DNA of 64,000 bases from Rhodospirillaceae bacterium. Its GTDB lineage: Bacteria > Pseudomonadota > Alphaproteobacteria > Bin65. Shown here in pieces: positions 28,283 to 35,570 of the stretch. The translations under genes were made by a program, and so were the position numbers. Within the stretch, counting starts at the first letter, position 1. Every line of letters begins with the position of its first letter. The DNA is taken from assembly GCA_011523655.1 (NCBI GenBank), contig WTGH01000015.1, positions 4,661 to 68,660 on the forward strand, read 5' to 3'. The notes beneath the pieces were generated by a model, which saw only the letters and a program-made list of their open reading frames with translations, was not told where the DNA came from and did no database searches.

Positions 28283-30307
28283 TCAGCCGCTTCGTTCCAG
28301 GTTCAGATTATCGTGCTCGTCCCGGCGCATATGCCAATTGGGGAACACGACGGTTGTAGCGCCCGCTTCCTCGACGATCGCCGGTCCTTCGGTCCAGACG
28401 CCGATCGGAAGCCGGTATCGTTCGAAGACCTGGGTCGGCTGGAAACCGTCCCGGAACCAGACATCGCGTTCGTCCGTTCCACCGCCGGCGTCCCCTCCCT
28501 GCGCCTGCAGCCGTGGCCGCTGGACCGGCACGATGGCGGCCAGGCGCAGGTTGACGATCTCGATCGCCTCGTCCCGGTTGCAATGGCCGTAGGCCCGTTC
28601 GTAGCTCGCGTTGAAGGCATCGGCGAGGCCGGCCGGGTCCGGTTTGCCGGCCACCGGGATGGCGAGCTCGTGCGCCTGGCCGACATAGCGCATCTCGGCC
28701 ACCCGTTCGACGATGATCCCGTCACCGGCGAAACCTTCTGCGGCGAACCGGTCGCGGCCGGTTTCCTCCAGCCGTGCAAAGGCATCTTCCGCGGCTCCCA
28801 TGCTCGCCGCTTCGTTGGGCAGGAGCACGGTTTCGCTCAGGTCGATACGAAGATCGGCAGAGACCAGGCCGAGCGCAGAAAGGTTCCCCGCGTGCGGCGG
28901 CACGATGACCCTGGGGATCGCCAGGGCCTCGGCGACCTGGGTGGCGTGCATCGGACCCGCCCCGCCGAAGGCAACCAGTGCGCAGCGGCGCGGGTCGTGG
29001 CCGCGGGCGACCGAGATTTCCCGAATCGAGGCAACCATCTTCGCGACGGCAATGCGGATGATGCCGTCGGCCATGCGCTCCCGGCTCTCGACACCGATGC
29101 GGCGCGCCAGGGCGTCGAGAACCGGTACGACCTGTTCCGCTGAAGGTTCGATCCGGCCGCCGAGTTTACGGCCGAGGGTAAGGCGGCCGAGGACGAGGTT
29201 GGCATCCGTGATCGTCGGCTCGGTCCCGCCTAGGCCGTAGCAGATCGGTCCCGGACGCGAGCCTGCGCTCTTCGGGCCGACATGAAGCTGGCCCTCCTCG
29301 CTTACCCAGGCGATGCTGCCGCCGCCGGCGCCGACGGTGCTGATGTCGATCTGGGTCGATTTCAGCGGCATTCCGGCGATGACGCCGTCCTTCTTCACCG
29401 TCGGCGTCAGGTCGCGGATCATGCTGACGTCCGTGCTCGTACCGCCCATGTCGCAGGTGATGAGATCGCGCGCACCGGCCGCCGCGGCCGCCTGCACGGC
29501 AGCCACAACGCCTCCGGCCGGTCCGGATAGAACCGTGGTCACGGGGAAGAGGCGCGCGCGGTCCAGAGAAAGGACGCCGCCGCTCGAAGCCATGATGAAG
29601 AGAGCGCCCCGGATGCCCTCACGCCGCAGGACGCTTTCGAGCCTTGCCAGATAGTCTTCGAGCGCCGGGGCGATGTAGGCGTTCAGGACCGTAGTGCTCA
29701 GCCGCTCGAATTCGCGGTACTCGGGCACGACTTCGTGGGACAGCGACACCGGCGTCCCGGGCAGCTTCTCCCGGATCGCCGCACGTGTCTCCAGCTCGTG
29801 TCCCGGTGCTGCGTAGGCGTGGAGGTAGCACACGGCGACCGATTCGACGTTCTGCTGTCGAAGATCTTCCAGAACGGCTGCGAGCGCGTCGTCGTCGAGC
29901 GGCCGGACGGTCTCGCCCGAGGCGCCGACCCGTTCTTCGACATCGAAACGCAGCGCCCGCGGAACCAGCGGTTCGGGCCGCTGGAACGTCAGGTCGAACA
30001 GGGTGTTCGGCGCCATGCGCCGCGTCCGGCCGATGACCAGCAGGTCGCGGAAGCCCTGCGTGACCAGCAGTGCCGTGCGTGCGCCCCGGCGCTCCAGGAT
30101 CGCGTTGGTGCCGATGGTCGTGCCATGCACCAGGCGGTCGATTTCCCCGTAGGGAACGCCGACCTCCTGCAGACCCTCCAGCAAGGCTCTGGTCTCGTCG
30201 CCGTAGCTCGTGAGCGATTTTGCGGCGCTCACGTCGCCGGTATCCAGATTGAGGGCGATGACGTCCGTGAAGGTCCCGCCGATGTCGATGCCGACCGCAA
30301 TCGCCAT
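28283..30307 (-). CDS. hydantoinase A/oxoprolinase family protein (HyuA-type), set 2
   Basis: 674 aa. N-terminus MAIAVGIDIGGTFTDV. Confidence 0.9.
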   Translation of the reverse strand: MAIAVGIDIGGTFTDVIALNLDTGDVSAAKSLTSYGDETRALLEGLQEVGVPYGEIDRLVHGTTIGTNAILERRGARTALLVTQGFRDLLVIGRTRRMAPNTLFDLTFQRPEPLVPRALRFDVEERVGASGETVRPLDDDALAAVLEDLRQQNVESVAVCYLHAYAAPGHELETRAAIREKLPGTPVSLSHEVVPEYREFERLSTTVLNAYIAPALEDYLARLESVLRREGIRGALFIMASSGGVLSLDRARLFPVTTVLSGPAGGVVAAVQAAAAAGARDLITCDMGGTSTDVSMIRDLTPTVKKDGVIAGMPLKSTQIDISTVGAGGGSIAWVSEEGQLHVGPKSAGSRPGPICYGLGGTEPTITDANLVLGRLTLGRKLGGRIEPSAEQVVPVLDALARRIGVESRERMADGIIRIAVAKMVASIREISVARGHDPRRCALVAFGGAGPMHATQVAEALAIPRVIVPPHAGNLSALGLVSADLRIDLSETVLLPNEAASMGAAEDAFARLEETGRDRFAAEGFAGDGIIVERVAEMRYVGQAHELAIPVAGKPDPAGLADAFNASYERAYGHCNRDEAIEIVNLRLAAIVPVQRPRLQAQGGDAGGGTDERDVWFRDGFQPTQVFERYRLPIGVWTEGPAIVEEAGATTVVFPNWHMRRDEHDNLNLERSG

Positions 30308-30319
30308 GCGCTGTCGGTC

Positions 30320-31606
30320 CTAGAGCCGCGCTGCGATCCGGTCCGCGGCGCGCAGGACCGCTTCGACGTCTTCGTCCGTGTGGGCCATCGAGAAATAGTG
30401 GCCGCCGCCGGGCCGGACGAAAATGCCGGAATCGAGCAGGCCGAGATCGAAGGCACGCTGGCGGTCCTTGTCGGAGATTGTTCGGACGTCGTGAATCCGG
30501 TCCGGATCGCCGAAATAGAGCCGCCACATCGGCCCCTCGCCGACGATGTGTGCATCGACCCCGTGCTTGCCCAAAATCTGCGCGAGCCCCGATTTCAAGG
30601 CTTCGGCCCGGGCCAGGAACGGGGGAAAGGCATCGGGTGTTCGCAACGCGTCGAGGAACGCCCGCCCGGCGGCGCAGGCCATCGGATTGCCGAACAGCGT
30701 GCCGGAGAAGAAGACGCCCCTGGGATCGTTCTGCCAGGCTTCGACCGACGCCAGCGCCATGATGTCCGGATCGCCGACGACCGCGGCGAGCGGCAGGCCG
30801 CCGCCCAGCGATTTGCCGTAGACCGCGAGGTCGGGCAGCACGCCGAACCGCTCCTGCGCGCCGCCCAGAGCGATCCGGAACCCAGTGACCGTCTCGTCGA
30901 AAATCAGGACGGCGCCGGTTTCCGAAGCGAGGTCCCGGACACGATCGAGATATCCCGGCGCCGGCGCCGTCATGCGCTGCACGGGCTCCATGATCACGGC
31001 GGCGATCGTCGGACCTTCGCGCCGGAACACGTCCTCCGCCGCGGCGACGTCGTTGTAGGGCGCGAGCAGAATATCGTCGGCGATCCCGGCGGCCATGCCA
31101 GCCGAGTTGGGGACAGGCGAGAAGGCGTCGGCAGCGAAGCGGTTGTAGCTCCACATGCCGTAGTCGTGATGGCCGTGATAGGCGCCTTCGAATTTGAGGA
31201 CCCTGTCGCGACCGGTATACGCACGGGCGAGCCGGATCGCGTTGAACGTCGCCTCGGCGCCCGAGCAGCAGAAACGGATTTGACCGCCGATCGGCAGCAC
31301 GTCGAGCAGTTCGGCGCCGTAGCGGATCGCCGTGTCGTTGAGCAGGCCGAGGAAATGCACGCCGCGCCGGGCCTGGGCGTCGAGCGCCGCCAGAACGCCC
31401 GGATGATCGTAGCCGAGCAGCACGGCGCCGCCGGCGCAGGTAAAATCGAGGAATTCGCGGCCGGCAGCGTCGGTCACATGCGCCCCGCGGCCCGACACGA
31501 AGACGAGCTGGCGGTCGTCGTCGAGCTTGTGCCGGCTTAGCACGCCGCCGGGAAAGATGCGCGCGGCGGTCTCGATCAGATTGCGCTGGTCCGACGATCC
31601 GGTCAT
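30320..31606 (-). CDS. class-III PLP aminotransferase, set 2
   Basis: 428 aa. PLP-Lys context DLAVYGKSLGGGLP. ATGA overlap with the hyuB2 stop. Confidence 0.9.
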   Translation of the reverse strand: MTGSSDQRNLIETAARIFPGGVLSRHKLDDDRQLVFVSGRGAHVTDAAGREFLDFTCAGGAVLLGYDHPGVLAALDAQARRGVHFLGLLNDTAIRYGAELLDVLPIGGQIRFCCSGAEATFNAIRLARAYTGRDRVLKFEGAYHGHHDYGMWSYNRFAADAFSPVPNSAGMAAGIADDILLAPYNDVAAAEDVFRREGPTIAAVIMEPVQRMTAPAPGYLDRVRDLASETGAVLIFDETVTGFRIALGGAQERFGVLPDLAVYGKSLGGGLPLAAVVGDPDIMALASVEAWQNDPRGVFFSGTLFGNPMACAAGRAFLDALRTPDAFPPFLARAEALKSGLAQILGKHGVDAHIVGEGPMWRLYFGDPDRIHDVRTISDKDRQRAFDLGLLDSGIFVRPGGGHYFSMAHTDEDVEAVLRAADRIAARL

Positions 31607-33648
31607 GGCATTCCGGCGCCCGGCGGTTCCAAAAGCGGGCGCAGGGCGACGCCGTCGCCCCGGCGCAGGTTCAGGGCCTGGCAGATTCGCTCGGGCAGCC
31701 GGAGCGTGTCCTCGTCGATCCCCTCGCCGCCACGGATCCAGATCCGCAGGCCCGGACCGCCCGCGTCGAGGATTTCATGAGCGCCGCCTTCCCTCAGTCC
31801 GAGCCGGGCAATCGTTCCGCTTGCAAGTTCGCACCAGATCCTGCCGGCCGCCGGCGAATCTGGCACAGGATCGGCCGTCAGCCGCCGCCGCTCTGCCTTC
31901 ATTCCCGCCCGCAACGCTGTTGTGGCGTCGGTATCGATTGCCCCGGTGTCGGCGACAATGCCGTAGATGAGCCGCGCCGCGTCTACGGAAAGCCGACCTT
32001 CCGCGATATCCTCGAGGATGCGCGACGGTTCCCGTTCCAGCGGATCACCGAAACCGCCGCCGCCGGAACTGCGCATGACGACAATGTCGCCGCACCGCAG
32101 GGGAAAACCCTGAACCTGCCCCGGCGTATCGGACGGCGCCAGTTCCGCGCCGTTGCGGATCACCGAAAAATTGTTAGGCGCGCCCGGCCATCCCGCGGCG
32201 ACGCCGAAGGGCGGGAGGATGTTCTTGTTGGACGAAACGGAGAGCAGAGCTTCGTCGACCAGCACGCGCACGTCCCTGCGCAGTCCGCAGCCGCCGCGGT
32301 GCCGCCCGGCACCGCCGGAATCGCGCCGGATTTCGCAGCGCTCGACGAGCAGCGGGCTCTCGTGCTCGATCGATTCAACCGACTGGATGGACGCAAAATC
32401 CCCCTCCGCGAAATTACGCAGCGCATCGCCGCCGTCGCCTTCGGCGGTCGCGCCCGTGCCGCCGGCCGGATATTCATAGAAGATGAAGGGTTCCGGCCGC
32501 TCCGGATCCTTGCCGCCGATGTAAATGTGGTTTGAGGTGCCTTTGATGTCGCCGGCCATGCGCTCCGGCATCGCTTGGGACATCGCGCCGAGAACCGCCG
32601 ATATGGCCGCGTGCCGGACTTCGGACGACCCCGCGCAGGACGCGGGATAGCGCGCGTTGAAAAAGGAGCCTTCAGGCGCCGTGATGGAAATCGGCCTGAA
32701 ATTTCCATGATTGATGGGCTGAGCAGAATCCAGGAACGCCTTGAGCACGATGAATGCGCCGGTCGCCGCTACCGCCGGTCCAGCATTCATGGCCGCCCTA
32801 GTCTGGCCGGACGAACCGGAGAAATCGACCTCCAGGTTGCTACCATCGATTCTGATGCGGGCCCGGGCGATCACAGGCTCGGCGTCGCTGCCGACCGGGT
32901 CCAGATAGTGCTCGTAGACATATTCCCGGTCGGCCAGCGCCGCGATCCGCTGGCGCGTCCGCCGCTCGGCCCGGTCGATCAGTTCGGCGATGGCGGCCTC
33001 GACCGTCGCAACGCCGTACCGTTCGAACAGCTCGACTATGCGCCGCTCGGCGACCTGGCAGGTGCCCCAGGTCGACATGAAATCGCCGCGCCGCTCGCGC
33101 GGCACGCGCATGTTTGCCATCATCACGTCGAACAGGCCCCGGTTGAGCTCTCCCCCGTTGGCGATCTTGACGATCGGCAGGCGAACGCCGTCGTGGAAAA
33201 TCTCCGTCGACTTGCCGGAAATGCTGCCCGGCGTGGTGCCGCCGACATCGCCCCAGTGCGCCCGAACGCAGGGAAACAGCACCAGCCGATCCTCCGCGAA
33301 CACCGGAAACATCATGGCGATGTCGTTGAGATGCGTTCCGCCTGTGTAGGGGTCGTTGTGCAGGAAGACATCGCCTGGCCGGATATCGTCGCCGAAGGTG
33401 TCGAACATCTGCCTGACCGACCACGGCACCGGAAAGATGTGGGACGGGTTATCCTCGGCCAGTGCCACGATCTGTCCCGTGCCGTCAATCAGGACGCAAG
33501 AAAAATCGTAGGCCTCGTAGATGATCGAGGAATAGGCGGTCGCCACGAGATTGACCCGCATCTCGCGGACGATCGAGATCATCGCCTCTTGGATGATCTC
33601 AAGCTCGATCGGATCGACCGCCCGCAAGGGCTCAGCTTCGGTCGGCAT
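31603..33648 (-). CDS. hydantoinase B/oxoprolinase family protein (HyuB-type), set 2, with an extra ~90-aa C-terminal domain
   Basis: 681 aa versus 548 aa for set 1. The HyuB core includes SSGGGGFG and is followed by an additional C-terminal segment. Confidence 0.9.
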   Translation of the reverse strand: MPTEAEPLRAVDPIELEIIQEAMISIVREMRVNLVATAYSSIIYEAYDFSCVLIDGTGQIVALAEDNPSHIFPVPWSVRQMFDTFGDDIRPGDVFLHNDPYTGGTHLNDIAMMFPVFAEDRLVLFPCVRAHWGDVGGTTPGSISGKSTEIFHDGVRLPIVKIANGGELNRGLFDVMMANMRVPRERRGDFMSTWGTCQVAERRIVELFERYGVATVEAAIAELIDRAERRTRQRIAALADREYVYEHYLDPVGSDAEPVIARARIRIDGSNLEVDFSGSSGQTRAAMNAGPAVAATGAFIVLKAFLDSAQPINHGNFRPISITAPEGSFFNARYPASCAGSSEVRHAAISAVLGAMSQAMPERMAGDIKGTSNHIYIGGKDPERPEPFIFYEYPAGGTGATAEGDGGDALRNFAEGDFASIQSVESIEHESPLLVERCEIRRDSGGAGRHRGGCGLRRDVRVLVDEALLSVSSNKNILPPFGVAAGWPGAPNNFSVIRNGAELAPSDTPGQVQGFPLRCGDIVVMRSSGGGGFGDPLEREPSRILEDIAEGRLSVDAARLIYGIVADTGAIDTDATTALRAGMKAERRRLTADPVPDSPAAGRIWCELASGTIARLGLREGGAHEILDAGGPGLRIWIRGGEGIDEDTLRLPERICQALNLRRGDGVALRPLLEPPGAGMP

Positions 33649-33986
33649 GTTTGACGGTCCAACCTTTCCGAAGGTATCCGGGCCGGGAACGTCAAAGTCT
33701 TCCGGCCATAATAGGCGGGTGCCCCGGCATTGGCGACAACATTCCCGAACGGTCCAAAGGCCAGCCTAGTATGGACCGGTTGCGATGTATTCAGCGCATT
33801 TCCTGCAACCTAGCGCAGACGGGCCCGCTCTAGGGGCCGGCATGATCGTTGGCTGCACCCGTCAATACCGATTGTCGGTTTGCCGCCACCGATCCAAGCC
33901 TGCTCAATCCGCTTCCAGGCCGACACCGCTTTGCAGTCGTCCCTCGCCTTGTCAGAACTTTGTAACGGTATCCTGTAATAGTTCTT

Positions 33987-34030
33987 GCTGTTACGTGGGC
34001 AGGATTCGAACCTGCGACCTTCAGGTCGAG
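33987..34030 (-). pseudogene. second tRNA 3'-half relic (T-arm plus acceptor 3' strand), same orientation as the one at 10789-10833
   Basis: The minus strand reads CTCGACCTGAAGGTCGCAGGTTCGAATCCTGCCCACGTAACAGCA, with a canonical T-arm GCAGG/TTCGAAT/CCTGC. No complementary 5' acceptor strand was found upstream. Confidence 0.5.
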
Positions 34031-34784
34031 AGGCACTGTCGGCTCTTGTGCCGTGGGCCCAGGCAGAAGTTGGGAACGGCTTTGAAGCGGCCGTCCGGTG
34101 CCGAGAGAGCCCGAATCTGAAGGTTCAGACCATATCCCACCGCGAGCGGCTGTCAGCATAATTTGAAGCTCTGCGAAAGCGTCGGCCTGAGTCAAACAGT
34201 TGTTCGCTAACCGCACCCATGTCTACTGGCACAACGGGCATCCGCCGCCTCTGTCCACGCCCACTGCTGTTCATACAAGAATTGGTAATCGTGCGGCGCG
34301 CCCGCTGACCCGAACTCGATCGGCAACCAAACCCCTTCGCCGCCATCTGACAGCGCGGCGTCTTCGAAAAAATCATCTTCAAATGCCGCAATCCGCTCGA
34401 CGATAAGGCTCGTCAAATCGTGTGACCAGCCTCCATTGGAGCTTCTTGATTCGAAGGGGACGATGGGTCAGATGAAAAACCTGCACGGCCGTATTTGTTC
34501 GTTCAACCGGTTATTGAGGTACGCGAGCCGTTGGGCCCAGCCTCGCTGGGTCGGGTAGCCCCGGAGTCGTAGCAGGCCCAGCAATCGCGTCACCCGATGA
34601 CCGAATCAACACGACGTCGGCAGCACATGCTGCGCCGAGATGCGCAGGAATTGGAATTCAAGCGGTACCTAACCGGTACCTGGCAACGGCGGCACCTGGG
34701 ACGAATCGGTCAATCATCCTTTAACCTGTTATCACTAAACAAAAAATAGAATTTTATCACTACATGGTTGAGCATTGTTCTAGT

Positions 34785-34878
34785 GGAGATATCTTTCCGG
34801 CGCCGAGCGGATTCCGGAGCGCCGCGCGGGAAAGATTTCTCCGCTACGCGGCTAACGCCGCTCCGGTCGAAATGACGG
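34785..34878. repeat. family-B intergenic mosaic repeat, truncated copy (right half only)
   Basis: GAGATATCTTTCC...GGAAAGATTTCTCCGCT...CTCCGGTCGAAATGACGG matches the right halves of the copies at 49819-49998 and 59008-59167. The left arm CCGTCATTTCGACCGGAGCG is absent. Confidence 0.7.
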
Positions 34879-34893
34879 CGAGTGGCAGGCCCC

Positions 34894-35514
34894 TCAATAT
34901 GCGTATTTCACTGAACAGCCGTATTGGCGCGTTACCGGTTCGCTGACCTTGCGGCCGGCGGCGATTTCGTTCAGCGCCGCGGTCACATAGTTTTTCGCGC
35001 GCGGAATGTCGGCGGGGTTGGCCGAGCGGATGCTGTCGATCGCGCCCATGTAGAGCAGCGCGCCGTCCTTGCCGACGATGAACATGTGCGGCGTGTTGGT
35101 GGCTTCGTATTTCCGCCCGATGGTTCCTTTCGGATCGAGGATGACATGGCTCGGCGCCGCGCCGCGCGTCTTGCTGAGGCGGTTCGCTTCGGCGCCGTCG
35201 ACATGGCCCTGCCGGCCCGGCGCCGACGAGATGATGCTGAGCCACACCGCGCCCTTCGCACGTGCCGCCTTCTGGGTCTTCTGCATGTTGCCGGCGCCGT
35301 AGTGCTTCGAGACATAGGGGCAGCCGTGGTTGGTCCATTCCAGCACGACCAGCTTGCCGCGCAGGGCCGAAAGCGTCACGGAAGCGCCGTTGCTGTCGAC
35401 GCCGGTGAAGTCCGGCGCCGTCTTGCCGACTTCGGGCGCGGAAGCGGCCGCAGGAGCGGCCAGGAAAACCGCGGCAACCGCAGCGGCGATCGAGTGTTTC
35501 AGGCGCTTCGTCAT
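34894..35514 (-). CDS. periplasmic thioredoxin-fold (redoxin/TlpA-like) protein
   Basis: The ATG at 35514 gives 206 aa with a signal peptide (MTKRLKHSIAAAVAAVFLAAPAAASA) and a WTNHGCPYV active-site-like motif. The track ORF to 37092 is an artefactual extension. Confidence 0.8.
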   Translation of the reverse strand: MTKRLKHSIAAAVAAVFLAAPAAASAPEVGKTAPDFTGVDSNGASVTLSALRGKLVVLEWTNHGCPYVSKHYGAGNMQKTQKAARAKGAVWLSIISSAPGRQGHVDGAEANRLSKTRGAAPSHVILDPKGTIGRKYEATNTPHMFIVGKDGALLYMGAIDSIRSANPADIPRAKNYVTAALNEIAAGRKVSEPVTRQYGCSVKYAY

Positions 35515-35570
35515 CGGTTCGTTCCCTCTTTCCCTGCGTTCCAGCCTTGCGTTCCGCCCGGGTGGCCGCG

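Noticed and set aside
26251-31540. Plus-strand ORFs 26251-28242 (663 aa) and 29735-31540 (601 aa), and minus-strand ORF 29619-31154 (511 aa)
   Set aside because: They overlap the ABC ATPase and SBP, hyuA2 and the aminotransferase in wrong frames or on the wrong strand. They have no motifs and biased composition.
33987-34080. Possibility that the T-arm at 33987-34030 belongs to an intact tRNA gene (or tmRNA)
   Set aside because: No 5' acceptor strand complementary to CCACGTA is present. No D-arm or 5-bp/7-nt anticodon stem-loop can be drawn upstream, and the only nearby hairpin has an 11-nt loop. I therefore treat it as a relic. tRNAscan-SE should confirm this.
34207-34416. 69-aa minus-strand ORF in the low-G+C spacer as a real gene (its sequence vaguely resembles SUKH/SMI1-type immunity proteins)
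   Set aside because: The open frame is bounded by a stop shortly upstream, has no RBS and is too short for a domain call. The similarity is only an impression. It is kept as a possible pseudogene fragment inside the spacer finding.
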